28,633 nt of DNA, taken from the IMG/VR virus record IMGVR_UViG_3300004685_000014, positions 1 to 28,633 of that record; one strand, given 5' to 3'. Below the pieces are notes generated by a model. That model had not been told where the DNA came from, did not search any database, and was given only the letters and a program-made list of their open reading frames with translations. Positions 1 to 9,395 of the stretch are shown piece by piece. Origin of the DNA: a virus. Lineage: Duplodnaviria; Caudoviricetes. Positions within the stretch are counted from its first letter, which is position 1; each line of letters opens with the position of its first letter. Position numbers and translations under genes: made by a program.

Positions 1-2159
1 ACTGACAACTTATCTGTTGGTGATGAGTTACCAATACCAACGTTACCAGATGCAATTACAGAAACTGCAGAACCAATTGAAGCTGTGTTAACAACTGTCT
101 GTAGTGAATAAACTAGAGTGTTGGTTGTGTTGGCTTGGAACACTGTAACGGTAGCATTAGAAATTTTAACTGATGCACCATCAAATGTTGTGTTAACGCT
201 GTTGTTACCAAATGTTACTGATGTTGTTGTACCAGTAGAGTTACCAACAGTAAGAGTTGAACCATTCAATGCTAGTGAACCAGCTGTCATAATTGAGTTG
301 ACAGTTGAGTTACCTACGAAGAATGCTGAAGCATTAGCATAAACGTTTGCACCAATTTGGTGAACAGTAGTATTAACAACAGCCGTACCAATAGTCAAAC
401 CAGCTGCGGTTAAGTTAGCTGTACTTGTGCTATTTGCAACTTGAACAAGTGTCGTGTTATGTGTTGTGTTAACTGTAGCATTACCAAAGAACAATGCTGT
501 TGCATTGATATAGCCATTTGAAACAGTATTACCAAAGAAAATACCAGTTGTGTTTGCAACAACACCACCCGTTGTAGTACCGTAAGAACTTACAGCAAGA
601 GTAGCATTAATAAAGGTATTAGAATTGATTACAGTATTTGTACCACCAAAAGTATTGTTGCCTGTATACGAACCATTGCGTGATAGCGTATCAGCCATCG
701 CATTTGAATAAGCTGTTCCTGCAGCTGTATCAGCATAAGACTGTGTTGCATAGCCAGAAAGTGAAGATGATGTTAGATAACCTTGACTTGTTACATAACT
801 TTGTGTAGCGTATGAAGAAGCAGCAACACCACCTAGATATGCTGCGTTGTTAGCACTTCCAGAAAATGCAGTACTATTAATAGAAGCATTAACAGAACTG
901 TTACCTATTTTAATTGTTGAAGAGTTAGCAGCAATACCGTTAGCTGCAGTACCATAAGCATTGATGTTTAATGCAAGGCCAGCAACGATTGTATTAGATA
1001 CTGTAAATGTATTTGTTGTATAAGCAAATGTCATACCAGCAGATGCGCCAGCTGATCCTGATGCATTATACTGTACTTGTGTATCAGAACCAGTTACACC
1101 AGCTGCTGGTGTTGCCCAGTAGTTGACAGTACCGTTTGAATACAATACTTGGCCAGCAGAACCGTATCCACCATTAGCAGAAATTGCAGATGAACCCAAG
1201 ATTAGGTTTGCACCAAATGTTGTTTGGCCGCCAATTGTAACTGCACCAGTTACGTTTGCTGTACCTTGAACTTTTAATGTTGCGTCAGCTGTAGTTGAAT
1301 TGATACCAACGTTACCACCCGCAAGCAAACGTACTCTTTCGTTTGCAGCTAGTGTGCCACCAGTAAAGAAGCTTAGATAATTTGTATTTGCTGTACCAAT
1401 AGAAAAGTTTGTATTACCTGTGTAAAGATAACCATCAGAAGGACCATTAATTGTCCAGCTTGTATTAGAATAACCAGAACCGTTGATACCTAAGTCAACA
1501 AAGTTAAAGTTAGTAGTACCAGGCCCACCATTGTCGTTAATAACCAAATCAGCAGATGCTGTTACACCTGTGTTTGAATTGTAGATAGCAACTTCAATAA
1601 AGTTATTTTGATTAGCTCCAAACTCTGCTACAGACGAATCTGTTGAGTTATAACCAATTACAGTATTGGTTGATGAGTTACCAACAGAAACTGCATTAGA
1701 AACAGAAACAGTGTTTGTTGTTTTATCAAATTGGAATCCGGATGTAGCTCCAAGAGCACCACTATCATTAAATTGAACATATTTGTTTGAACCAGCTGGT
1801 GTAACTGTTAGCGATCCAGCAGATGTCCAATATACGTTACCAGAACCATCAACAGCAAGAACGTAGCCTGATGAACCATAACCATTTTGTGCTGTATATA
1901 ACTTTGTGATGGCAGCATTAGCAACAATAATTTTATCAATACCACTTGTGCTGTTAGCAACAAGAGCTTGGTTAGCTGTTAGCGTACCAGGAACTCTTTG
2001 ACCACCAATAGGAATATTACCACTAGTACCGTCTGGCGCACCAATGAATAGTGTATTACTTGCTTGCGAGAACGCTAGTTCACCTGCACTAAGTGAAGGG
2101 ATTGTAGGATTCGCTGTAGATCTTTTGATTTGGATTTTATTATTACCTTGTGCGGCCAT
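1..2159 (-). CDS. Tail fibre / receptor-binding-like virion protein, truncated at the left window edge (>719 aa; not in the supplied ORF track)
   Basis: Hand translation from ATG at 2159 (RBS AGAGGGA upstream) gives MAAQGNNKIQIKRSTANPTIPSLSAGELAFSQASNTLFIG. This is the 'IQIKRS...L..GELA......LFIG' N-terminal anchor seen in many phage fibres (Mtd N-terminal-like). The same frame at the window edge reads SGNVGIGNSSPTDKLSV, a typical fibre repeat. It also contains AGSNKYVQFND/GSDTQVQYN repeats. Confidence 0.85.
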   Translation of the reverse strand, partial: MAAQGNNKIQIKRSTANPTIPSLSAGELAFSQASNTLFIGAPDGTSGNIPIGGQRVPGTLTANQALVANSTSGIDKIIVANAAITKLYTAQNGYGSSGYVLAVDGSGNVYWTSAGSLTVTPAGSNKYVQFNDSGALGATSGFQFDKTTNTVSVSNAVSVGNSSTNTVIGYNSTDSSVAEFGANQNNFIEVAIYNSNTGVTASADLVINDNGGPGTTNFNFVDLGINGSGYSNTSWTINGPSDGYLYTGNTNFSIGTANTNYLSFFTGGTLAANERVRLLAGGNVGINSTTADATLKVQGTANVTGAVTIGGQTTFGANLILGSSAISANGGYGSAGQVLYSNGTVNYWATPAAGVTGSDTQVQYNASGSAGASAGMTFAYTTNTFTVSNTIVAGLALNINAYGTAANGIAANSSTIKIGNSSVNASINSTAFSGSANNAAYLGGVAASSYATQSYVTSQGYLTSSSLSGYATQSYADTAAGTAYSNAMADTLSRNGSYTGNNTFGGTNTVINSNTFINATLAVSSYGTTTGGVVANTTGIFFGNTVSNGYINATALFFGNATVNTTHNTTLVQVANSTSTANLTAAGLTIGTAVVNTTVHQIGANVYANASAFFVGNSTVNSIMTAGSLALNGSTLTVGNSTGTTTSVTFGNNSVNTTFDGASVKISNATVTVFQANTTNTLVYSLQTVVNTASIGSAVSVIASGNVGIGNSSPTDKLS

Positions 2160-2194
2160 TTTAATTTATTCCCTCTAGGTGAAAACTTTTGTTC

Positions 2195-2202
2195 TATTTA
2201 TT
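2195..2202 (-). promoter_or_regulatory. Putative T4-type late promoter (AATAAATA)
   Basis: One mismatch to the T4 gp55 consensus TATAAATA, in the short intergenic gap about 35 bp upstream of the fibre ATG at 2159. Confidence 0.5.
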
Positions 2203-2213
2203 ATTTTTTATTA

Positions 2214-2474
2214 TTAAAAAGTTCCGCCATCAACTGCGGTTGCCTCAACGGTCAGTGTTTTTACTTCATATTTGTGAGTGTTTGCATTATATACTAACGT
2301 TGCACCATCTGTTGGGTGATCTTCTACAACATCTAATAGGTTATGGAGATAGTTTTGGCTTATACCAGGAACGTTATTTTTCAAAGAAAGAGGTGGGTTT
2401 GACTGCGTAGTAGTCAAAGCCGTTGTATTTGCTACAATTAAATTAGGTCTTCTGACTACTGCTTGTATCGACAT
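2214..2474 (-). CDS. Small virion-associated protein (86 aa), fibre-associated type
   Basis: Coupled to the upstream gene by a TAATG overlap at 2474. C-terminal 'L.DV......DGATLVYN.....Y........DGGTF' pattern recurs in small proteins beside fibre genes of T4-like phages. Confidence 0.7.
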   Translation of the reverse strand: MSIQAVVRRPNLIVANTTALTTTQSNPPLSLKNNVPGISQNYLHNLLDVVEDHPTDGATLVYNANTHKYEVKTLTVEATAVDGGTF

Positions 2475-2797
2475 TAGTGTGAAACTCTAGGTGTAACAGT
2501 TACTATCCCCTCAACTACTCTTGTTACTGTATTTGAAGAATCGGTCAAAAATACATCATAAACATAACGACCAGCAGTAATTGCTGCTGTTTGTGTTGAT
2601 GTTAGATTCAATTGCACCATACCACTATTAAGTGTTACTGAAAAACTTGTTGAAGAAGATGATGTATAAGATTTACGGATTTGTGATATACCCGTATATC
2701 CACTAAGATCAAGAGTATTTCCAGCATCATCAGTAAGCAAAATTTCAGTACTAAAAGTTGCCCCTTGATCTATAACTATATTAGCTTTTGTTGCCAT
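2474..2797 (-). CDS. Conserved small virion structural protein (107 aa; Ig-like beta-sandwich, BppU-N-like)
   Basis: Motifs NIVIDQGATF, DLSGYTG.SQIRKSY, L.LT..QT..I.AGRYVYDV and RVVEG.VTVTP.V are typical of this widespread T4-like structural family. RBS TAAGGA upstream. Confidence 0.8.
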   Translation of the reverse strand: MATKANIVIDQGATFSTEILLTDDAGNTLDLSGYTGISQIRKSYTSSSSTSFSVTLNSGMVQLNLTSTQTAAITAGRYVYDVFLTDSSNTVTRVVEGIVTVTPRVSH

Positions 2798-2816
2798 TTT
2801 AGTGTCCTTATGCTAA

Positions 2817-2824
2817 TATTTATA
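2817..2824 (-). promoter_or_regulatory. T4-type late promoter TATAAATA
   Basis: Exact match to the gp55 late consensus. It overlaps the TAA stop of the 1127-aa gene and lies 20 bp upstream of the ATG at 2797. Confidence 0.75.
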
Positions 2825-5800
2825 CAGCCAATGCTATTCTTGCAATCGAAACACTCATTGATTGTGTGCTAGTTAAGTTTGCAGTTTGTGTCATTTTCAA
2901 CCTAACAATACTTCCATTAATGTCCGAAGATAATGTTCCTAATATGTTTCCGTTATTAATTACACCATATTCTGTACCGTATGTATTAACACCGTCGTGA
3001 AGAACATTATACTTACTTGATTGATAATATACTGTTCCAGGTGTACTTGAATCAGTTAATGTAATTGTTACTGTAAAATCAGCTGATCTATAGAGTGTAG
3101 CACTTAGTGTATTATCAATAATATTTGATGGGTTGTTGAATGTAAGTGTTTGGCCGCCAGCTGTGGTTGGAACATTTGTTAAAACAATACTTCCAGATCC
3201 AACACTATATACAGTTGTTCCTGTTGGAATACCAGTTCCTGTTACATATTGACCTGCAACAACACCCGATGGAACAGAACCAATTGTAACAGTATTGGAA
3301 GATGTTGTTAGTGTAAATGTTCCATATGGAGGTGTAATAGATACTTTGTTGGCAGCAGATTGTGAAACACTATTAATTACTACTGTATTACCAACATTGA
3401 TATCATTAGCAAAGTTACCAAGCATTGCATAAAGATTAAAGCGATTTGTTGTGTTACCAAGTGCAACGCCGTTAGATGTTGGAATCAAGTCGCCTGTTGA
3501 TGAACTGGATGAAATTGTACTACCACTAATATACAAGCTACCTAAAACTCTCAGGTCACCACCAACGTTTGCACCATTCACAACACCAAGAGAATTTAAG
3601 TTTGCTGCTGCTGTTGTTAGTAATGTATTTGCTACTGTGAACGCACCATTTACAGTTGTTGTACCTGTTAGATTAGCTTGATTTACAACAACAAGATTAT
3701 TAATAGATGTGTTTGCAGCTGTTGTATTTCCATTAATAACAACATTAGCAAAAGAAGAATTACCACCAGTAACGTCTAGTGTTATACCAAGTAAATTCCA
3801 TCTCGATGTTGTATTACCAAGATAATAACTGTTTGTAGCTGGTACTACGTTACCTGTTTGAATATTATTCAGAATTGTCAAACCAGTAATACTTAAATTA
3901 CCAGTAACAGTTGCATTGCCACTTACAGTTAAATTATTTGTAAGCGAAAGGTTATTTGCTGTAACATTGTTTGTAAAAGAACCATTTCCAGTCACTGCTA
4001 AACCGGACAATGTACCAGTTTGTGTGATACCGGTATAATTACCACTTAGTCTAGCTGCAGCCAAAGTTCCTGTTGTAAGATTTGAAGCGTTTGATGCATA
4101 CGAAGTAGCATTTGTATAGGCATTATTAGCTACTGTGTTAGCAAATGCAATCGCATTAGCATACGCTGTTGCACCAACACCATCAGCATAGCTTTCAATT
4201 GAAACGTTGATGCTAGCTATACGAGTATCTGTATAAGATGTAGCATTTGTATATGCTGTATCAGTATATGCTCTCAATGTTGCTGCACTATTACCACCAA
4301 GATACAATGAATTATTTGCAGTGATATTTGGTTGATTGGTTGTTGTTAAAGTACCAGCAATTGTCGTTGCGTTTACATTGACTGTTGAAATAGAAGAAGC
4401 GTTGATAGTAGTATTAACTGTTGTATTGCCAATTGTAATGTATGGCGCACTGGCTGTTGCATTTGTTGTTAAAGCAATAATTGCGTTAGAAACTGTAAAT
4501 GCACCATTAACTGTTACTGTACTATTTGTTGTTACAGCACCATTAACAGCTAAAGTACTGTTTGCTACAAATGCACCAGTAACCGTTGCTGTGTTAAGCG
4601 TTGCTGCACCACTTACTGTAATATTGTTTGAGTGATTAACAACGTTAGTAAATGTTGTTGTGCCTGTAATTGTTAAATTAGTTGATGTAGCATTGGTTGT
4701 AAACACAAAAGCATTTGCTGTTGCGTTAATATAAACTAACGATGTATTTCCAGTTACAATTAAATTATTACTAAATGTTGCTGTATTAGTTACAGCTATT
4801 GTATTAGAAAATGTAGCAGTACCATTTCCTTGTACAAATGAACCATTTGCAGTAATAGATCCGTTAGCAGTGAAGTTATTATTAACAATAGTAACACCAG
4901 CAACGACCAATGTGTTTCCAATTGTAGTTGCACCTGTAACTGCTAACGTATTAGATAGTGTTGTGTTGCCAGTTACGGCTAATGTATTAGAAAATACAAC
5001 GTTACTTGTTACAGCTAGTGAGTTTGATAGAACAACGTTACCAGTGATAGCAACACTATTAGAAAATGTTGCATTTCCAGTTACAGCAAGTGTGTTGGAA
5101 AGTGTTGTATTTCCTGTTACGGCAATTGTATTTGAGTAAGATACAGCATTAGCAAATAAGGTTGTACCGTAAACAGCTAGGTTAGTAGATGATGTGTTGG
5201 TTGTTAGTATAAAAGCATTAGCAGATGCATTAATATATGCAAACGATACGTTACCGCCAACAGCTACTGCGTTAGTAACTGCAAGAGCAGGCATGTTAAT
5301 TGTATTACCAGCAGAGACTGATATTGTAGCTGTGTTAATATAAACGGTACTACCACCAACATACAAAGATTTCCACTTTGCTGAGCTATTACCAAGACTA
5401 AATGTATTATCTGATGTAGGAAGAAGATCAGATCCAACCTGAAGAGTGGTAAACACGTTTGCAACCGAGAGAACACCACCAACATTAACGTTAGCAGTAA
5501 CATTTGCAGTTCCTGATACCTTAAGTTTTGCATCAGGTGTTGATGTTCCAATACCAACGTTGGCACCAGAAGTGATGCGCATTACTTCGTTAGTTGAGAG
5601 TGTTCCACCAGTAAAGAAGTTAATATATCCTGCACCATTAGAACCAATAGAAAGGTTGCTATTGCCTGTGTAGAGATAACCATCACCGGGACCACTGACT
5701 GTCCATGTAGTATTAGACCAGTTAATACTGTTGATACCAATATCAATAAAACCGTCACTTGCAAAACCTGCAACAGGATCAACGTACAGTGCTAAGTCAG

Positions 5801-6203
5801 CAGAGGCTGATACACCTGTGTTACCGTTCAAAATAGCTAATTGAACGTAGTTGTTTTGATTACCAAAGTTTTCTTGAATAGAACTGGCTGAGCTGAGATA
5901 ACCTAATTGAACATTTGCTGATGTATTACCAAAAAATGCAGTTGCGTTAATAACGCTAAGGTTTGAAGTAACATTTAAGTTAGCAGAAGCTGAAAAATCA
6001 CCACCGGTAATGTTGTTACTAATTAACATTGTGTTGGATCCAAAGAACCCATTAACAAAAGCATTACCTGTTGTTACTGCTCCACCGGTGCCAACATATG
6101 TTGTTACAGTATTTGTTGATACTGTTTGTGCCAAACGATTTGTTGTATCAATAAGAACACCAAATGTTTGATTGTTAGTTAAACTAGAAATTGAAACAGT
6201 CAT
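2820..6203 (-). CDS. Long tail-fibre-like structural protein (1127 aa; N/T/S/G/V/A-rich beta-repeat shaft)
   Basis: N-terminal 'QTFG.LID.TN.LA' resembles the DTF..WR.KTN start of T4-like fibres. It has a GANVGIGTSTPDAKLKV repeat, three P......LG....[RK][WF] repeats and 12-aa beta repeats. The C-terminal 'YRSA.F......YQSSK..VLHDG...Y.TEYG.I....LGT.S.DI.GS.VRL' domain is common in T4-like fibre proteins. Confidence 0.8.
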   Translation of the reverse strand: MTVSISSLTNNQTFGVLIDTTNRLAQTVSTNTVTTYVGTGGAVTTGNAFVNGFFGSNTMLISNNITGGDFSASANLNVTSNLSVINATAFFGNTSANVQLGYLSSASSIQENFGNQNNYVQLAILNGNTGVSASADLALYVDPVAGFASDGFIDIGINSINWSNTTWTVSGPGDGYLYTGNSNLSIGSNGAGYINFFTGGTLSTNEVMRITSGANVGIGTSTPDAKLKVSGTANVTANVNVGGVLSVANVFTTLQVGSDLLPTSDNTFSLGNSSAKWKSLYVGGSTVYINTATISVSAGNTINMPALAVTNAVAVGGNVSFAYINASANAFILTTNTSSTNLAVYGTTLFANAVSYSNTIAVTGNTTLSNTLAVTGNATFSNSVAITGNVVLSNSLAVTSNVVFSNTLAVTGNTTLSNTLAVTGATTIGNTLVVAGVTIVNNNFTANGSITANGSFVQGNGTATFSNTIAVTNTATFSNNLIVTGNTSLVYINATANAFVFTTNATSTNLTITGTTTFTNVVNHSNNITVSGAATLNTATVTGAFVANSTLAVNGAVTTNSTVTVNGAFTVSNAIIALTTNATASAPYITIGNTTVNTTINASSISTVNVNATTIAGTLTTTNQPNITANNSLYLGGNSAATLRAYTDTAYTNATSYTDTRIASINVSIESYADGVGATAYANAIAFANTVANNAYTNATSYASNASNLTTGTLAAARLSGNYTGITQTGTLSGLAVTGNGSFTNNVTANNLSLTNNLTVSGNATVTGNLSITGLTILNNIQTGNVVPATNSYYLGNTTSRWNLLGITLDVTGGNSSFANVVINGNTTAANTSINNLVVVNQANLTGTTTVNGAFTVANTLLTTAAANLNSLGVVNGANVGGDLRVLGSLYISGSTISSSSSTGDLIPTSNGVALGNTTNRFNLYAMLGNFANDINVGNTVVINSVSQSAANKVSITPPYGTFTLTTSSNTVTIGSVPSGVVAGQYVTGTGIPTGTTVYSVGSGSIVLTNVPTTAGGQTLTFNNPSNIIDNTLSATLYRSADFTVTITLTDSSTPGTVYYQSSKYNVLHDGVNTYGTEYGVINNGNILGTLSSDINGSIVRLKMTQTANLTSTQSMSVSIARIALAV
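4884..5135 (-). repeat. Seven tandem degenerate 36-bp (12-aa) coding repeats, consensus SNTLAVTGNTTL
   Basis: SNTIAVTGNTTL / SNTLAVTGNATF / SNSVAITGNVVL / SNSLAVTSNVVF / SNTLAVTGNTTL / SNTLAVTGATTI / GNTLVVAGVTIV read directly from the translation. Confidence 0.9.
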
Positions 6204-6427
6204 TTATCAACTTTTCCTAATAATTCTTTAAGCAAATGCTTGATTTCTGCAACATCATTTTTCATTTGGTCGTGTTCTTGAACAACCTTAGCCATTTTTA
6301 ATCTTTGTTCACGCTCTTCCTTGTATTTATTGAGAGCGTTTACATCATTTTCCAAAATAGCCTTGCTATTCATATCTCGAACTAGGTTTGGATTTTCTCT
6401 AACCTTAGCAAATTTTACTACGTCCAT
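6200..6427 (-). CDS. Conserved small coiled-coil protein (75 aa) of T4-like phages
   Basis: KV.E.PNL.RD..S.AI..N.D motif followed by a heptad-rich helix (EHDQMKNDVAEIKHLLKELL). It occupies its usual position directly after the DUF4815-type gene. ATGA overlap with the next gene. Confidence 0.8.
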   Translation of the reverse strand: MDVVKFAKVRENPNLVRDMNSKAILENDVNALNKYKEEREQRLKMAKVVQEHDQMKNDVAEIKHLLKELLGKVDK

Positions 6428-6428
6428 T

Positions 6429-9224
6429 TTACACCTGAAGCGCTATGGTTCTCATATCTGCTGCTCTAGGAACAAGACTTGGATCATCAGCAACTGGAAC
6501 GATCTTAATAGCAAACGTTTTGAAGCTGTCATAAACAACGTCTGTGTTAGAAACGTATCTCATAATGTTGTTGTTTTGATCATAGTGGAATGCACAAGTA
6601 ACGTCTTCCAAGCCAGGAATCAAACCAATATCAGCGTTAGATGATGTAAACGATGGTATGCTTGATAATACTAGTGTTGTATTATTAGCAACGTACAACA
6701 CTTTTCTAACATTGAATTTGTTTGTTGATGTGTCGTGAATATACATGTATGAATTGTTTGAATAACCAGTTGTTGTTAGCACAGTGACGTTTGCAGATGT
6801 CGTATTACATGAACTTGAATTGGTTGCCATCAACTGTGATGTTGGCAACGAATATGTTAGCTCAAGCATATCGTCTGGATTTGACTTACTGCTTAACAAT
6901 GCTGGTGATGATGTTTCTGGCATTCTTGACCAGTAAACATTTGAGAAGCTCTGTGGATCCTGAGCACTTAGTAATTTAGCATAAATTCTGAAGTTAGTAT
7001 TAGCTGGTCTATAAGCAGTTAGATAGCAAATCAAATCTTCAGAATCTTGCTTGTCTGCAAGGATAACACTCTTTGAAATATAACGTGATTGATATAGGAA
7101 AACGTTCTCTGTGTATTTCTCACCAAAGTCGTCAACCTTTTTACAATATGTAAATTTCTGTGTGTTTGCTGATGCATATATCTTGTAGCCTGGAGCAAAC
7201 TTACCTGTTGCACCAGCAATATAATAAACAGAACTATTTGCTTTAATCAATCTTCCTGTTACTAGTGTGTTAGTAACAGTTGATACTGTTCCGTTGGAAG
7301 ATGACGTTGCACCTGCAATTTGAGCTGTATTTGTCCACAAGCCGCGCGAAGCTTCTGTGTTAATAACCTGCACTACAGAGCTATTTGCATAATATAAAGT
7401 ACCTACAGCTGTGTTTTGTGTTGCATTACTTGTGTTTGCTCTTTGATAAATCAACTCACTTGCAGTAAAAGCACCAGTATTGGCGCTAATGTTTATCGAG
7501 ATAATACCAGTACCATTTAATTGCTGAACATATTCACCATTAATTGGACCCCCAATAATTGGATAGTTCGTTCCCTTGATCTGAGCTCTGTATCCATATA
7601 TTGTATCATTTGCTGCTACACTATTATATGTAAATGTTGTATAGCTTTGAATCTTATCAAAATACGGTGAGAATTTATTATTTGCTGTTTGAACTGCACC
7701 GTATATTTTTGTCTCATAGGCACCACTATTGTTAACAATCTCATTGCTTCTTGATTTAAACAAACGTGTCTTGTCTGTCATTTCACGCTCAACGTGATTT
7801 GTTAAATCAAATGCTGCACCATCAACAGAATCGCTTTTATCGATACCCGTGAAAGAGAAATCTATATTTGTTGATTGACTTTGATTGATTGCAAACTGTG
7901 GTACTACCGCGTTGTAAGGTAAATCCACAACGCCTTTAACAATAGCTGATGCTTTTGATGACAATCCAACCATGAATCTTCCAATTGAATTGGCAAAATT
8001 TTGGGTTGAGTTTGCTTGTGAATCCCAAAGGAAACACGCTACAGAACTATCTGAAGGTAGTATGTTATCAGCAACTGGGCCGCTGTATCTTCCGTACAAC
8101 GACATAGCATCACCTCTAATATCACCAAGTAAGGCGTCATTTTCAGTGAAAGAACTTGTTGTTATTGACTTTACAGTTATTGTTGTAGCGTTAACAACAT
8201 TGTTAACAACTAAGATATCCATAAACGATCTATCTGATTTACCAACGTATAGTGTCTGGTTTGCGTAGAATATATTTGAACCAGGTGATGTGTTTGTAAA
8301 TGGAACGGTTAATGTTGTGTTTGAATAGCACATTACATTTGAATTGACCGATGAAACAACGGCATTTGCTGTCGAAGTGCCACCTTGTACTTGATATGAT
8401 GTTACAAATGTACCAGATGTGTTAGACACTTTAATAACAGATGTATTTGCAAATAGAACAGTTCCAGCTGCAACATTTGCAATGCCGTTACTTTGATAGA
8501 TATTTTCACCTGTTGTAAAAGCTGCTGTATTTGATGAAATATTCAGTAACGATAGATAAAAGTTGTTGTTACTTACAAAGCAAAATTCGTTTGGTGTGAA
8601 TGATCCACTCAACTGATCGTATATAACATTTTCTTCATTAAATGGAACAAACACCGCTTGACCGGAACCACCCGCAGGCGAGAAGTCAGCTGTATATATT
8701 GTAAACTTAATATCTTCTGATTGTACCGCTGTATACTGAAGGTCATTTGATGAAAGGAATAATGTACCGGTATCGTTGTTTGTTTGAATTGGTGTTTTTG
8801 ATGAAACATCTTGTTTGTTTATTTCACCAATCCAAACATTATAATCCGGATTACCACCAACAGGTATAAGCATCAAAGCATAAGATGTTTGTGATTGTAA
8901 GAAAACTGGTGTATCAAATACAAACGTTGTTGGAATGCTTGCATCAGCAGAGGCTTGAATAATAGGTGTTCCAGTTGCAATAACCGCATTGTTTGTTGTC
9001 CATCTAGCATTTGATGGATATGTATCTGCAATTTGCAAAGTTTTTGAACCGTTAGGCAATTGATATGGTGTTGGGCTACCATTATCTGTTTGTCTAATCT
9101 GAAGCTCAATGCCATACGTTTTACTTACTTGAGCAAAGTAAATATCAACTGCTGTAAGCACAACACCTTCAACACCACCAATAGGTTCATTAATAAAAAA
9201 CGTTTGGCCAATGGGTTTTGTCAT
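6429..9224 (-). CDS. Virion structural protein (931 aa) corresponding to the C-terminal half of DUF4815/VrlC-like proteins
   Basis: Starts PIGQTFF...GV.LT.VDIYF (equivalent to the internal DPLAQ[ST]F...G.F.T..D.YF motif). Contains ADAS.PT.F.FD.PV.L, GTLF.S.N...T..Q.EDIKF and SRYISK.V.L, and ends F..FAIKIV.......VPR..D.R.IAL. Has its own RBS AGAGGA. Confidence 0.8.
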   Translation of the reverse strand: MTKPIGQTFFINEPIGGVEGVVLTAVDIYFAQVSKTYGIELQIRQTDNGSPTPYQLPNGSKTLQIADTYPSNARWTTNNAVIATGTPIIQASADASIPTTFVFDTPVFLQSQTSYALMLIPVGGNPDYNVWIGEINKQDVSSKTPIQTNNDTGTLFLSSNDLQYTAVQSEDIKFTIYTADFSPAGGSGQAVFVPFNEENVIYDQLSGSFTPNEFCFVSNNNFYLSLLNISSNTAAFTTGENIYQSNGIANVAAGTVLFANTSVIKVSNTSGTFVTSYQVQGGTSTANAVVSSVNSNVMCYSNTTLTVPFTNTSPGSNIFYANQTLYVGKSDRSFMDILVVNNVVNATTITVKSITTSSFTENDALLGDIRGDAMSLYGRYSGPVADNILPSDSSVACFLWDSQANSTQNFANSIGRFMVGLSSKASAIVKGVVDLPYNAVVPQFAINQSQSTNIDFSFTGIDKSDSVDGAAFDLTNHVEREMTDKTRLFKSRSNEIVNNSGAYETKIYGAVQTANNKFSPYFDKIQSYTTFTYNSVAANDTIYGYRAQIKGTNYPIIGGPINGEYVQQLNGTGIISINISANTGAFTASELIYQRANTSNATQNTAVGTLYYANSSVVQVINTEASRGLWTNTAQIAGATSSSNGTVSTVTNTLVTGRLIKANSSVYYIAGATGKFAPGYKIYASANTQKFTYCKKVDDFGEKYTENVFLYQSRYISKSVILADKQDSEDLICYLTAYRPANTNFRIYAKLLSAQDPQSFSNVYWSRMPETSSPALLSSKSNPDDMLELTYSLPTSQLMATNSSSCNTTSANVTVLTTTGYSNNSYMYIHDTSTNKFNVRKVLYVANNTTLVLSSIPSFTSSNADIGLIPGLEDVTCAFHYDQNNNIMRYVSNTDVVYDSFKTFAIKIVPVADDPSLVPRAADMRTIALQV

Positions 9225-9249
9225 TTCTATCCTCTAAATTGATTTATTA

Positions 9250-9257
9250 TATTTATT
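9250..9257 (-). promoter_or_regulatory. Putative late promoter AATAAATA within the 15-mer ATAAATATAATAAAT
   Basis: Near-consensus box overlapping the stop of the 1495-aa gene. The identical 15-mer occurs at 9242-9256 and 17416-17430. Confidence 0.6.
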
Positions 9258-9395
9258 AACCGCTACCAGGGCCGCAATCACTGCCACCAGGGCCGCTGCC
9301 ACAGCCACCACCACCGCCGCCACCGCCATCACCACCAAAATTACCACCACCGTCACCATAGTATGGTGGGTAAACAGGAGGTGGAGGAGGACCAG
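9256..9395 (-). repeat. GC-rich low-complexity Pro/Gly coding tract (PGPPPPPVYPPYYGDGGG...GGGGGGGGCGSGPGGSDCGPGSG)
   Basis: Runs of CCA/CCG/CCT and GGT/GGC triplets, plus an 11-bp direct repeat accagggccgc occurring twice within 9265-9296. Confidence 0.85.

Noticed and set aside
1-2159. Diversity-generating retroelement target, suggested by the Mtd-like N-terminus and the duplicated domain
   Set aside because: No reverse transcriptase and no near-identical TR/VR pair differing only at adenines in the window. The duplicate is diverged at all base types. The C-terminus of the gene is outside the window, so this cannot be fully excluded.
4884-5135. 36-bp periodicity as a CRISPR array
   Set aside because: The repeats are contiguous, degenerate at synonymous sites, in frame within a CDS, and have no spacers.
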